Shown: positions 47,241 to 56,587 of the stretch, piece by piece
Numbering within the stretch: the first letter of the stretch is position 1
Layout of the letters: each line of letters begins with the position of its first letter
Source: a virus
Taxonomy: Duplodnaviria; Caudoviricetes
Virus record (IMG/VR): IMGVR_UViG_3300028603_000032
Coordinates: 1-64,000 of that record
Direction: 5' to 3' (one strand)
DNA: 64,000 nucleotides
Notes under the pieces: generated by a model
Database searches by the model: none
Told to the model about the DNA's origin: nothing
Seen by the model: the letters and a program-made list of their open reading frames with translations, nothing else
Position numbers and translations under genes: made by a program

Positions 47241-47693
47241 ATGCACGCCATCTGTCTCAAGGAAAGCAAATCGGTCCCCGTGAAGTACCTGCGCGCCCGT
47301 TGCGGTGTACGCTATTGGGAGGACGGCACCGTGAACGGCGAGGAGGACGCGGATGGATCACGCATCCCGTGCCGTGAGGGAACGGCCGCCGATAATGACC
47401 ATTTCGGCGGCGGCAACTGGCGCCCCGTGATCGATCTTGACACTGGTAAGATCGAAGGATGGCCGGAGGGCACGATCGCCAGCATCCACTATAAGGTTTG
47501 CGATGATGGCGACTACGAGTTGCTGGACGAGGAGCGCAATGTCGTGAAGGCGATTGATGGGTATGTGCCGTCAATCATGTGCCCCGAGGGTCAAGGGCAT
47601 GGTGATTACGTGATCATGGAGATCGCGGCAGACGGCACGATCGCCAACTGGCGCGCCGATCTGTCAGATTTTGAGGAATACACATGCACCTGA
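47241..47693 (+). CDS. Conserved phage hypothetical protein
   Basis: [11 protein letters not shown]…IPC…[16 protein letters not shown]…[13 protein letters not shown]. Confidence 0.7.
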   Translation: MHAICLKESKSVPVKYLRARCGVRYWEDGTVNGEEDADGSRIPCREGTAADNDHFGGGNWRPVIDLDTGKIEGWPEGTIASIHYKVCDDGDYELLDEERNVVKAIDGYVPSIMCPEGQGHGDYVIMEIAADGTIANWRADLSDFEEYTCT

Positions 47694-47932
47694 CCTGCGG
47701 CACCCGCCTCTCCTCCGACCGCGCCTGCAAGATGATAGCGAACTGGTGCGGGGTAGAGGGGGACATTCCTCAGTCTGAGGCCATTGCTGCTGTTCGTCGT
47801 GTCCCGAGCGACTTCGAGGCGGCCAAGGCGGGTGGGTTCGTGACCGAGGGTTGCGACGAGCGCGACTTCCGGGTTGCGCTTGCATTCCTTCGCAAGACCG
47901 CCTTCGATCCAGGTGGGATCAGGAGCGCCTAG
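47684..47932 (+). CDS. Hypothetical protein
   Basis: Overlap with upstream gene. Confidence 0.4.
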   Translation: MHLTCGTRLSSDRACKMIANWCGVEGDIPQSEAIAAVRRVPSDFEAAKAGGFVTEGCDERDFRVALAFLRKTAFDPGGIRSA

Positions 47933-48197
47933 AGCGGCAAGCCTCGTAGACCTCCCGCACCCGATCCGCAGCTTGCTGCTTCGTCGCCTCCCGCCCGTAG
48001 GTTGTCACATCGAGACCCCAACCGATTCTGCCGTACATGCTCCACTGCCACTCACCCGCTGCAGGGCCGTGTTCGACCCTTGTAATCCTTCCGACAGGTG
48101 TATCACCATCCTTTGCGCAGTAGTCGTAAGGGGCAGTCTCGCCTCCGATGACGGTGTGGGCCCAGGTGATGGTGTGACGATCTCTCGTGTTGCTCAT
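47919..48197 (-). CDS. Hypothetical protein
   Basis: [14 protein letters not shown]…WQWSM; adjacent to att region. Confidence 0.55.
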   Translation of the reverse strand: MSNTRDRHTITWAHTVIGGETAPYDYCAKDGDTPVGRITRVEHGPAAGEWQWSMYGRIGWGLDVTTYGREATKQQAADRVREVYEACRSRRS

Positions 48198-48223
48198 GGA
48201 ACGTCAACAGGCATCATGAACAT

Positions 48224-48486
48224 GTCCCGAACGCGCTCCGGGACCATTCCGGGACAACCTTGCCCGTGGTGTCCGTTTGTTCTCCCAATGTCCATTTGCA
48301 AAGCACGTTGGAACTGCTAAAAAGCCCATGGTTTCCGGCCTTCGCGGGCGTAGTTCAGTGGTAGAACGTCAGCTTCCCAAGCTGTCAGCTACGAAAGCGA
48401 CCTGACTACGCAACCATCTGAAATTACTCTATAATATCCTGATTTCGCGGTATCAAAAAACCTGCGCTCCGGGATCATTCCGGGAC
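48224..48486. other. attP region: arm-type repeats flanking a tRNA-derived core
   Basis: GCGCTCCGGGAYCATTCCGGGAC at 48233-48255 and 48464-48486, with tRNA fragment between; next to the integrase 3' end. Confidence 0.75.
48344..48384 (+). pseudogene. 5' half of tRNA-Gly(CCC) (probable att core)
   Basis: GCGGGCG TA GTTC AGTGGTA GAAC G TCAGC TTCCCAA GCTG; no T-arm or 3' acceptor follows. Confidence 0.85.
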
Positions 48487-48490
48487 TCCG

Positions 48491-49729
48491 TTACCCGACC
48501 TTCTTGCTCGGTAGCCTGCTAACATTCGGTGGAAGCGTTTTCGTGACCTGGACGTTGGCGCGCATCTGGGTCGTTTCGCTCTGCAACACGTGGGCGTAGC
48601 GGAGTGTCGATTTCAGGTCGGAGTGATCCATCGCATGCATGAGGCGTTTCAGGTTGCCATCGGCCCTCAGTGCGCGTGACCCGAACGTGTGGCGGAAGTC
48701 GTGCAGGCGGAAGTCCTTGATGCCCGCCTCGATGATCGCCCGCTTCACGTTGTCGTAGAGCATCTGCTTCGTGATCGGGATGCGCTTGCCCTTGTCGCTG
48801 GGACGCTGCGAGCGGGCCGTGAACAGGTACGGGCAGTCAGGCGCTTCATCCCATGCCGCGTTGACGATCTCCAGTTCGCGCTCCGTCAGCGTCACCCAAT
48901 GCCACTCCTCGCGCCGCTTCTTGAGCTTGCGCATGTAGACCCGGCCGCCAACGCGGTCGATCCTCTCCTTCGGCAGGTGGAGCCAGAGCGACTGGCGCTT
49001 GCCCGAGATGATGTACATCTCGGAGATAAGATGATAGTCCTCGGGCAGCTTCTGCCAGAACCGCAGCTCCTCCTCGATCGACAGCTCCCGGATGCGCTCG
49101 GCCGGCTCTTCCAACTTGATGCCGTCGCGGCCGCCCCACTGGAACTGCTCCAGATCCACCGGGATGCCCCAATGCTTGCGGGCTCGCCGCATGACGCGGC
49201 GCAATGGCTCTACAACTTGCCTGTTGACGGTTGCGGGTGATGGAAGCCTTCCAGTCGGGATCGGCAACACCTCGCCGTTGATCTTGCGCCACTGGACCGT
49301 CTCGGTCGAGGCGCGCCGGCTCACGGCCTTAGCTACGTCATCGGGTGAGATGGATACGATCGGCGTCTCTTCGCCGTAGTAGGTCAGGAGCTCCATCATG
49401 CAGTGCTCCTGCTGGCGTCGGGCGTGGCGCTTGGCGGCGATCTCGGGGGAATCTACGGTATCGGCTACTTTCGGCGGAACCTTTGGCGCAACCTCGTCGA
49501 TATACCGCTGGGTGGCTTGCGCCAGCGTCATCAGCGTTCCTAGCTTGCCGAGCGCGGCTAGCTCGCGAAGCCTTGCCTCAACGCGGCGAGCTGCCTTTTC
49601 CGTTGTCTGGCCCGTGCTACCAAAGAACCGCTCTGATTTTGACTTGCCCGCAGGCTTGAGACGGAAGTCGAAGTGGTAGAACGCCGTCTTTGGTTTACCG
49701 TCTTTCCCCTTGGGTTGATAGACTGACAT
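48491..49729 (-). CDS. int: Tyrosine integrase
   Basis: SGKR box I, HDFRHTFGS (HxxR), MDHSDLKSTLRY (H,Y). Confidence 0.9.
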   Translation of the reverse strand: MSVYQPKGKDGKPKTAFYHFDFRLKPAGKSKSERFFGSTGQTTEKAARRVEARLRELAALGKLGTLMTLAQATQRYIDEVAPKVPPKVADTVDSPEIAAKRHARRQQEHCMMELLTYYGEETPIVSISPDDVAKAVSRRASTETVQWRKINGEVLPIPTGRLPSPATVNRQVVEPLRRVMRRARKHWGIPVDLEQFQWGGRDGIKLEEPAERIRELSIEEELRFWQKLPEDYHLISEMYIISGKRQSLWLHLPKERIDRVGGRVYMRKLKKRREEWHWVTLTERELEIVNAAWDEAPDCPYLFTARSQRPSDKGKRIPITKQMLYDNVKRAIIEAGIKDFRLHDFRHTFGSRALRADGNLKRLMHAMDHSDLKSTLRYAHVLQSETTQMRANVQVTKTLPPNVSRLPSKKVG

Positions 49730-49962
49730 TGGTAGACCTCACGCAGGTAGTCTTCGACGTGCTCGCGCGCGAACAGACGGTGCCGGGTTTTCTTGAGCCG
49801 ACAGATGATCTTTCCATCGTTGGCGAGACGCTGCAAGGTTTTGGCCGAGATGGCGAGCGCGGCGGCAACCTTCGACGTGGGTTGCAGTGGCCCATCCGCG
49901 AACACCTTATCGAGCTCGCGGAGGACGCTTTCTGGAATGGAACCGGCCAGGTTCTCACCCAT
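49558..49962 (-). CDS. Excisionase-like HTH protein (overlaps int start)
   Basis: TSKVAAALAISAKTLQRLANDGKI…HRLFAREHVEDYL. Confidence 0.65.
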   Translation of the reverse strand: MGENLAGSIPESVLRELDKVFADGPLQPTSKVAAALAISAKTLQRLANDGKIICRLKKTRHRLFAREHVEDYLREVYQCQSINPRGKTVNQRRRSTTSTSVSSLRASQNQSGSLVARARQRKRQLAALRQGFAS

Positions 49963-49988
49963 CTTTCCCCTCCACATACCTGATGGCC

Positions 49989-50225
49989 CTATCTCAATGC
50001 GTATGCGAGGCCGCCCCAAAGGAGTCCCAGATAGGCAGCCAACCCAACCTGATCAGGAGGTATTCCGTAGCCAAAAAGGTACATTCCAAGTACGAATGCA
50101 GATACCATGCTGGCGGAAAGCGCTACCAATCGGATAAGTCCATCAACGAAGCGATCCATCTTCTCTCTCCAAGATTCCCACAGTCCGGGTAGCTCCTGCA
50201 GTGATCTGCCATGTGCGATCGACAA
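49989..50225 (-). CDS. Small membrane protein
   Basis: Two hydrophobic segments. Confidence 0.45.
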   Translation of the reverse strand: MSIAHGRSLQELPGLWESWREKMDRFVDGLIRLVALSASMVSAFVLGMYLFGYGIPPDQVGLAAYLGLLWGGLAYALR

Positions 50226-50231
50226 AGGCGG

Positions 50232-50603
50232 TCATTTGTTTGCAAGCTCCAGAAGAACGTCGGCGTGGCACGACTCATCAAGCCCACACCAGCAGGCCAC
50301 GTCCTTTCCGCGCAGTTCTTTCTGGGCCGCCTCGATGAGATCGGGTTGATCCTTGATCCATGCCTTGTAGAGAGACATCGCCTCGCGGTTATCCTTGACC
50401 GGCGTGAATGGCCCTTCGATCTCGGCTCTTCCTGGCTCGGCCCAGCCATAAATCTCGCCGACGATGAATGGGTTTCCCCATTTCGTTGTGCGATCGACGC
50501 ATACGGCCCCGGCCGGCATCCGCCAGCCTTTCGTCCGTTTCCTCTGAATCCGCTTCGGTGTGGTGCGCTCTAGTACACGGAGGGCGGTGGTGCTATCGCT
50601 CAT
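50232..50603 (-). CDS. DUF4326-family protein
   Basis: PKRIQRKRTKGWRMP…TKWGNPF…ELRGKDVACWC…CHADVLLELAN. Confidence 0.8.
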   Translation of the reverse strand: MSDSTTALRVLERTTPKRIQRKRTKGWRMPAGAVCVDRTTKWGNPFIVGEIYGWAEPGRAEIEGPFTPVKDNREAMSLYKAWIKDQPDLIEAAQKELRGKDVACWCGLDESCHADVLLELANK

Positions 50604-51417
50604 TGGGGGCCTCCTGCACGAGTATCAATTGCTCTGGCTTTGTCTCAGGTGGGGAGACGAAGAAATCAGGCTGCCGGTATGCTTCCTCGATCCTTCGACA
50701 CGCAATGTCGAAGTAGCGTTCTTCGATCTCGATCCCTATGAACCGGCGGCCGAGCTTGACGCAGGCAACGCCAGTGGTGCCGGAGCCCATGAAGGGATCG
50801 AGGATGGTTTCGGCGTCAGCGACACTCTCGATAGCGGCCAGAGGCAAACTGACCGGAAACGGGGCCGGATGGCCGGTTCGATTAAACTCAGGCGGAAACC
50901 GCCACACATCGCCGCGACCAGAAGAGGAATGATCGCACAGCGCGAACTCCGGCTTCGCAAACAGCATCACCCATTCTTGCCGCGTACAGAACGCCCGCAG
51001 ATTCACGTCGATACCGGTTCCGCGATCCCAAATGATGATTTGGCGTAGCGGTATTCCATAGTCGAACGACAGTGGGACGCGTATCTTCCCGTGTTCCACG
51101 CGAGGCCGATGGTTGTAGAAAACCGCAAGACGCGAAAACTTATACATCAGGCGCAGGCAATCCCGCTGCCATGCGTCGTATTCTTCTTGCGGCAACGCGT
51201 CGGAGTGGATGCCGTATCCATCGCGAAAGCGACCACCCTTGTTCCTTGCGCCAGGGCGATACATACCCCGCCCATTGCCGCCCGGCACCAATCCCATGTT
51301 GTACGGGGGGCTTGTAAAGGTAACGTCCACATCACTCAGCAGCGGCAGGATTTTCATGCAATCCCCTAACCACAGCTCGCAGTTTCCTATGACTTCCTTA
51401 CGGAAGCTCTCACTCAT
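50593..51417 (-). CDS. DNA N4/N6 methyltransferase (beta class)
   Basis: TSPPY catalytic motif precedes HPAPFP and LDPFMGSGTTG. Confidence 0.88.
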   Translation of the reverse strand: MSESFRKEVIGNCELWLGDCMKILPLLSDVDVTFTSPPYNMGLVPGGNGRGMYRPGARNKGGRFRDGYGIHSDALPQEEYDAWQRDCLRLMYKFSRLAVFYNHRPRVEHGKIRVPLSFDYGIPLRQIIIWDRGTGIDVNLRAFCTRQEWVMLFAKPEFALCDHSSSGRGDVWRFPPEFNRTGHPAPFPVSLPLAAIESVADAETILDPFMGSGTTGVACVKLGRRFIGIEIEERYFDIACRRIEEAYRQPDFFVSPPETKPEQLILVQEAPNER

Positions 51418-51622
51418 TGGGGGCCTCCGTAGTGTGGAAATACACACCTATTGCCTGATAGAGATTGGCACCGTTTTCTTGCAGTTCATCGAGAGCTTCG
51501 AGAAGATCCTTGTGAGCCGCAATAGCCGGGTGATCGACCAACAGCTCTTCGATCATGACGTTGATCGTGTGAGCGCGATCCAGCGCTTCGTGGTAATGAC
51601 CGATGTTGGGTGTCTCACTCAT
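51410..51622 (-). CDS. Hypothetical protein
   Basis: HYHEALDRAH..MIEELLVDHP; overlap-coupled. Confidence 0.6.
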   Translation of the reverse strand: MSETPNIGHYHEALDRAHTINVMIEELLVDHPAIAAHKDLLEALDELQENGANLYQAIGVYFHTTEAPNE

Positions 51623-52106
51623 TGGGGGCCTCAGTAGGAATTTCCGGCAGATGCTCTGTCCAGCGCCATTTAGGCTGCTCGTAGATGTCCCGCTCTTCAC
51701 GCTCTCGGCTGGGGCGGTCCCATTGCTGTGGCTCGACTTCTGCTGATGGCTCATGAATACCGGCGCCCCGAAGACTGGCACCGCTCTCGCGCTTGAGGGT
51801 GTAGGTGTGCAGCGTCGTGCCACCCATCTGCTGCCAAATGCGGCGACAGCGGGCATAGAGCTTGGATGCGGCACCCTTCGGCGCCGCCGGCGACGTGCAC
51901 AGCCGCAGCACCTCTGCAGCGCCTGGCACCTGCAGGAGACGCGCCACCGGACGCCCGACGATCGCCACTCCGACGAGCTGGCCGTTGTGTTCCATGCCAA
52001 TCGCGAATTTACCTCCGTCATTCGACGTGCGAGACGAGTGACGGTGCCACTGCTCGACAAAATCATTCGCCTCTCGGAGTGTTAGTGGCACGATCCGCTT
52101 ACTCAT
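51615..52106 (-). CDS. XF1762/Mom-like GNAT-fold protein
   Basis: PLTLREANDFVEQWHRHS…GVAIVGRPVAR…EVLRLC…TYTL..ESGASLRGAG. Confidence 0.7.
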   Translation of the reverse strand: MSKRIVPLTLREANDFVEQWHRHSSRTSNDGGKFAIGMEHNGQLVGVAIVGRPVARLLQVPGAAEVLRLCTSPAAPKGAASKLYARCRRIWQQMGGTTLHTYTLKRESGASLRGAGIHEPSAEVEPQQWDRPSREREERDIYEQPKWRWTEHLPEIPTEAPNE

Positions 52107-52803
52107 CGCGTCCCTCCGTAGGAGCGGCGGGAAGGGGCTGCCATTTGGTTGGCTCCTTCTCTCTTGCCCATATCTTGCCCTGCCAAGCGGCGTCTGTTCC
52201 GTCCCAATACGGACGTGGGTTCTTGGTGTATTTGTCCTCATTCCATCGGCCGATGGCGACTCTGCCGTTGCGTAGAATAAGGATTTCAGTTCCGTCTTTT
52301 GGTGCTGTCGAAATGTCCTGCCATCCATTAGGAGTGGCGGGAGCAGCAAGTTGCCTGATATGTCCGACGCGGATGCGGAACGATGGAGAACCCGAGCTTT
52401 CGTTAATTCGGCCAAGTACGTAATCGTCTGGAAGCGTTTCTCCGAGATCTTGCTCACATGCCTCAAGAGCGCACATGGCGGCCTTGATCCACAATGGGGC
52501 CATTTGCACAGGAGCGGCGGGAGCAGCGGAGATCATGACGCGGTAGATGTCTGTTTCAGTTGCGGCGAACACTAAGCCGCTACCGCAATCGCTTACTGTG
52601 CTCTGCGCACCGCTTCCGGCTCGCACCATTTCTGGGGTCGGCTCTTTCGGCACCGTAACCCACCCTTCAGGTGCAGGAGCGGGCGGGGTGGCGCCGAGCA
52701 CGTAAGAAAGGATTGCGCGGGCCTGCTCGTCGCTTATCGCGAGACCGTGGCATTCGCCATCGATTGCGTCTTTCAGATCTGCAATTTGCTTTGCGTTGAT
52801 CAT
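52099..52803 (-). CDS. Ead/Ea22-like protein with C-terminal DUF551-like domain
   Basis: GWVTVPKEPTPEM; WQDISTAPKDGT…PTKWQPLPAAP. Confidence 0.6.
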   Translation of the reverse strand: MINAKQIADLKDAIDGECHGLAISDEQARAILSYVLGATPPAPAPEGWVTVPKEPTPEMVRAGSGAQSTVSDCGSGLVFAATETDIYRVMISAAPAAPVQMAPLWIKAAMCALEACEQDLGETLPDDYVLGRINESSGSPSFRIRVGHIRQLAAPATPNGWQDISTAPKDGTEILILRNGRVAIGRWNEDKYTKNPRPYWDGTDAAWQGKIWAREKEPTKWQPLPAAPTEGRDE

Positions 52804-53231
52804 TTCAACCCCCTGTGCGCCATTAGGACGGCGATCATCCGTGGCAGGTCTCCGGTGTTCGCCCAAAGTGCAGCGGCGAGTTCGTGAGGATCTTCGATGC
52901 CGTGCTCTCTGAACCATGCGAGTTCATTGCGTGAGCCGATGCGCTCGATCTCGTCATGCACTGATCTGCAGACAGGCACTGCCCAGCGATCCGTCGAGCG
53001 AAGCCCCATGCCTCGTTCGCCGGTTCCGGCCTTCAAGTGATGCGCCTCACCGGCCGGCACCCGTAACGTCACGCAGCAGGGCATTTTTCTGATGAGGGAA
53101 AGGTGCGCCTCGCTCATGCCGGGGCGCTTGTCGGCGGCGCGTTCTTTCTTCTTCATCCGCTCGCGGCGAGGCGGCTTGAAATTGCCGTAAACCCTCTCTT
53201 TGCGAAGCTCCTGCGGCCAGTCGCTAGACAT
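52800..53231 (-). CDS. DUF968-like putative nuclease
   Basis: PCCVT…EAHHL…GMG..STDRWAVPVCR..HDE. Confidence 0.65.
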   Translation of the reverse strand: MSSDWPQELRKERVYGNFKPPRRERMKKKERAADKRPGMSEAHLSLIRKMPCCVTLRVPAGEAHHLKAGTGERGMGLRSTDRWAVPVCRSVHDEIERIGSRNELAWFREHGIEDPHELAAALWANTGDLPRMIAVLMAHRGLK

Positions 53232-53234
53232 CTC

Positions 53235-53891
53235 TCACCTTTGGAAGTCTCGGTGCTTGATCTTGGTGATGATCCGGTGGCCTGATCTGGTCTTTATCTC
53301 GATAGCCGGGCGCGCAACGATGCCTTCGGCGATGAATGGCCCCCAGGTTGAATTGAAGCCCGCCTTGGCCATTTCGACCATTTCTGTTAGTGTCCCGCGC
53401 CCGATAATAGGGACAACATCAAGACCCAGCTTTGCTGCGACGTCCTCGACATTGGGACGTTCTAGCCACCAGTCTCCCACCTTCACGTCGAACAGAACAA
53501 AGTCCTGATCAGCTCGGTAGTGGCCGCCGCCTTTCTGGATTCTGGCACCGTATCCTTCTCCGTAGAGACAGGCCCCATCGGGGAACATCTCGGCGAGCTT
53601 TGCGCGCTGGTCGTCTGTGTGAAACCGCGCCTGCAGTCGCTCCACAAGGAACGCCGGTATCTGGGCAGCATCCGTCTTGCCACCGAACACGACCTCGTAT
53701 GCTTTGCCCTCCTCCTGATACGGGGAGATCATCACCCGAATGTTCGTGCCGTCCACCTTCTCGGTGAACACCCACTCGTTGTTCGCGAGATAGGCGAAAG
53801 TGTCGTTCGCATAGTCGCCTTCGATGAGTGCCTTGTGGTTGGTCGCAGGGTCGCGCTTAAAAACCGTGTCGATCTTGTGATATTCTTTCAT
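53235..53891 (-). CDS. ATP-dependent RNA ligase (Rnl2-like nucleotidyltransferase)
   Basis: TEKVDGTN (KxDG), GEGYG, FVLFDV, EGIV, KIK. Confidence 0.8.
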   Translation of the reverse strand: MKEYHKIDTVFKRDPATNHKALIEGDYANDTFAYLANNEWVFTEKVDGTNIRVMISPYQEEGKAYEVVFGGKTDAAQIPAFLVERLQARFHTDDQRAKLAEMFPDGACLYGEGYGARIQKGGGHYRADQDFVLFDVKVGDWWLERPNVEDVAAKLGLDVVPIIGRGTLTEMVEMAKAGFNSTWGPFIAEGIVARPAIEIKTRSGHRIITKIKHRDFQR

Positions 53892-53933
53892 GTCGTTCCT
53901 ATATCGCCTCTCTCTGTACAGGGCGGCGGCGGG

Positions 53934-54125
53934 TCATTGCACGCTCATTTTCTCAAGCCCATTCGCATCGAGGAACCTATCGAGCGCCGCTTTTGCATCC
54001 TCCATCGTCTCGAATGACGGCTCGTTTTGAATTAGGACTGTTCCATCATCCAATTCGAGCTCGATGTGCCATCCGTCCTCTTCGTGGACGAGAACAGCAG
54101 TGGTTCCGACGTGCGGGAAGGTCAT
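53934..54125 (-). CDS. Hypothetical protein
   Basis: Acidic 63 aa; RBS GAAGGAAG. Confidence 0.55.
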   Translation of the reverse strand: MTFPHVGTTAVLVHEEDGWHIELELDDGTVLIQNEPSFETMEDAKAALDRFLDANGLEKMSVQ

Positions 54126-54550
54126 GCCGCTTCCTTCACTTCCCGCACCGGACCCTTCCCAATCCTCTCCAGATTGGCCAGGAAGGCCCTTCTCTGGCTT
54201 TGTGGGATTGCCCCAAGGATCAGGTCGTTTGCCCGTGCTGCGGCTTCTGTGGCCCCTAGGAGGGCTTGCCGTCCTTCATCCGTTAGGAACGACTGCACCG
54301 ATCTGGTGTCCTTTTGAGAGCGCCTGCGTTTGATCATCCCAATCTTTGCCAGCCGCCTCAGAACATCGGCCATTGTCGAGCGGTCTATTCCGGTGGATTG
54401 GACGAGGGTGATTTGGTTTACGCCGTCACCGATATCCCGGATTGCCTTCAGGACTAGATACTGCGTGGGTGACAGTTCCGAATCGAATGCGGTCTTTGCC
54501 GCTTGGTGGGCAAGGTGCAGGGAGTGGAATGCAAAAGCGTCGGTTTTCAT
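54122..54550 (-). CDS. MarR-family transcriptional regulator
   Basis: LSPTQYLVL…LVQSTGIDRSTMADVLRRL..G.IKR..S.KDTR…LTDEG. Confidence 0.85.
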   Translation of the reverse strand: MKTDAFAFHSLHLAHQAAKTAFDSELSPTQYLVLKAIRDIGDGVNQITLVQSTGIDRSTMADVLRRLAKIGMIKRRRSQKDTRSVQSFLTDEGRQALLGATEAAARANDLILGAIPQSQRRAFLANLERIGKGPVREVKEAA

Positions 54551-54912
54551 CTGGTCAGCCTCGCTTCATGTCTTGCGGTCGCTTCGATGCTCTGAGTTTC
54601 GGAGAACTTCATCTCGCACCACTTCATCTTGACGCGAGCCAGGTTTGCGGCTGTGCGTGCCTCGACCATCTGCTTGATGAAGTCGTGCCATTCCTCGCTG
54701 GCTTTCACTTCGCGCTCGGCATGTGCTGCGGGCATGTCGCCGAGCGACTTCATCTTCTGGGCTAGAACCGCCGTCTTTGTCTCTTCAAGCATCCGAGCTG
54801 CGCCGTCGAGGGATACCCACTCATTGGCCGAAAGCCGGTATCGCTCCGACCAGCTTTGTTCATTTGTCGGAATCTCTCGGATTAGGGCAGTTGCTCTCTC
54901 GGAAGTGCGCAT
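54547..54912 (-). CDS. Coiled-coil phage protein (recombination-module)
   Basis: AHAEREVKASEEW; synteny with recombinase. Confidence 0.6.
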   Translation of the reverse strand: MRTSERATALIREIPTNEQSWSERYRLSANEWVSLDGAARMLEETKTAVLAQKMKSLGDMPAAHAEREVKASEEWHDFIKQMVEARTAANLARVKMKWCEMKFSETQSIEATARHEARLTR

Positions 54913-54914
54913 GG

Positions 54915-55253
54915 CTACTCTGCCGCCTCCATTCTCTTCGACCTCAACATGCCTTTGGCTCTGAGCCTGTGCCCACCTTCGATGGGCTCGACGTTATTTC
55001 CATCCAGATCGTGCCGGTTGTTTCCGTAAAGCATTCGCTTCAGGTAGATCGGATGCGTTGTCCATCGGTGCAGGAAACTCGCCAGTGCGTCTCTGTCCGC
55101 ATGGGGGTATTTTGCCTTCAGATCCTCGGCAATTCCGCGCTTGAGGATCATGGGGCACCATAGGGCGAATGGCTTTGGAAGATCCTCGACTGAGCACCCC
55201 AGTGTCGCGGCAAGCTCCTGACGGAGCTTGAGCATGCCGTCTCTTTTGCTCAT
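54915..55253 (-). CDS. ProQ/FinO-domain RNA-binding protein
   Basis: PMILKRGIAEDL…LHRWTTHPIYL…RHDLDGN. Confidence 0.65.
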   Translation of the reverse strand: MSKRDGMLKLRQELAATLGCSVEDLPKPFALWCPMILKRGIAEDLKAKYPHADRDALASFLHRWTTHPIYLKRMLYGNNRHDLDGNNVEPIEGGHRLRAKGMLRSKRMEAAE

Positions 55254-56587
55254 TCAGCCGCCTCTGCTCTCATGCTGGCCTTTGCCGTCGTAATACGGGT
55301 CGCAGCCTTTCCGATCGCGACAAGGATTTTGCCCTGTCGTTCTTCATCTAGTGCTTCGATTGTAGACTTGTGTTCCTTCTTCAGCTTGTTGAGTTGGGCA
55401 GGCGCCCGCACTTCATCGAAGGCACGGATGATATTTGCGGCAACATCGTCGCGCACGTCGCGCTCTGTCTCGGGATCATCTAGGTACGGTATTTCATCGA
55501 CCGGTTCGTCTGGGTTAGGTGCATCTTCGACGCCGTAGCGGCTAGCCTTGCCTTCCAACTCGCGGTGTAGCGCGTCGTAGTAGCATTGCAGGTCGTGAAG
55601 CGGCATGAGCTTGGATATTTCTGTCCAACTCGTCGTCCTGAAATGCTTCTTGATAAGAGCCGCTTTTGCCTGCTTGTCAGCCGCGCTGGTTGACGGGTAG
55701 TGGTTAACGAGCAGCGCCTCTATCTCATCAAGAACGATGTTGCGGCGGATGCTCTTGATATCCGACAGAGGGGTGTCATCGTCGGGCATGATGTCATGAC
55801 TTGTACGCGAGACATCGGCAGACTCGTGCTTGCCGCCAAGTGCCATGAACTCGATGTGAGGCAGAAACGTCCCGAATGTGGGATCTGGGAATTGCTTGCC
55901 GTCCAGACGCCTAGAGCGGTCCTTGAGAACCGTTGCCGTGCGCGCGATGGCCTTGGTGTGCAGATCCATGTTGCGCTCCATCCAGACGAGAATGTTCGGC
56001 TCGTAGCCGAGTCCCTTCTCGGCCTGCATCTTCGCGCCTGACTTCTCGATCTGCTTCTTCCCGCGCTCGTCCTCAACGTTCTCGTATTCCCAGCCGAGGC
56101 GACCACACAGGATGCAGTGCAGGTTGCTGGTAACGAACGCGTCAGAGAACTTGCGCCACTGACCCTTGATGAAGTTCCAATCCTGAAACTCCAGCCGCGT
56201 CATGGTTCTGCCGCGCCTCTCTGAGAGGGTAGCGAGGTAGGAGTTCTGCAGCTCTTCCCAGAAATGGGTGATGCTGTCTATGAACAGCACCGAGGCATTC
56301 TGTTCTGCTTCGCGCACGGCCGGCACGAGATCCTTGAACGCCCGCGTCTTCGCGACCAGCAGAGGAATGCCGGCCTCGTCGAACATGGGCTTGATCCACG
56401 AACTGCCGTTCTCCGTATCGAGCATGAAGGCTGGCTTGCCAGATCCGGCAATGCCCTTGCTCTTCAGGTACTGGACGAGGCCGATAGCAACGAGTGTTGC
56501 CGTGTGCGTCTTGCCGGAACCTGCCTCGCCCATGAACCCTGCCTTGAGATAAGCCATCGTGTTCTCTGCAGGCTTGAAAAGTGCCAT
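55250..56587 (-). CDS. AAA_24/Sak4-like phage recombinase ATPase
   Basis: GEAGSGKT Walker A, LDTENGS, FIDSITHFWE. Confidence 0.78.
   Translation of the reverse strand: MALFKPAENTMAYLKAGFMGEAGSGKTHTATLVAIGLVQYLKSKGIAGSGKPAFMLDTENGSSWIKPMFDEAGIPLLVAKTRAFKDLVPAVREAEQNASVLFIDSITHFWEELQNSYLATLSERRGRTMTRLEFQDWNFIKGQWRKFSDAFVTSNLHCILCGRLGWEYENVEDERGKKQIEKSGAKMQAEKGLGYEPNILVWMERNMDLHTKAIARTATVLKDRSRRLDGKQFPDPTFGTFLPHIEFMALGGKHESADVSRTSHDIMPDDDTPLSDIKSIRRNIVLDEIEALLVNHYPSTSAADKQAKAALIKKHFRTTSWTEISKLMPLHDLQCYYDALHRELEGKASRYGVEDAPNPDEPVDEIPYLDDPETERDVRDDVAANIIRAFDEVRAPAQLNKLKKEHKSTIEALDEERQGKILVAIGKAATRITTAKASMRAEAAE

Noticed and set aside
47241-47693. Single DTG in an early hypothetical protein (IDLDTGK)
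   Set aside because: One occurrence is within background expectation; not counted as part of the sequon system.
48344-48384. Functional or split tRNA repaired by the phage RNA ligase
   Set aside because: No matching 3' half in the window; location between arm repeats beside the integrase is fully explained as att core.
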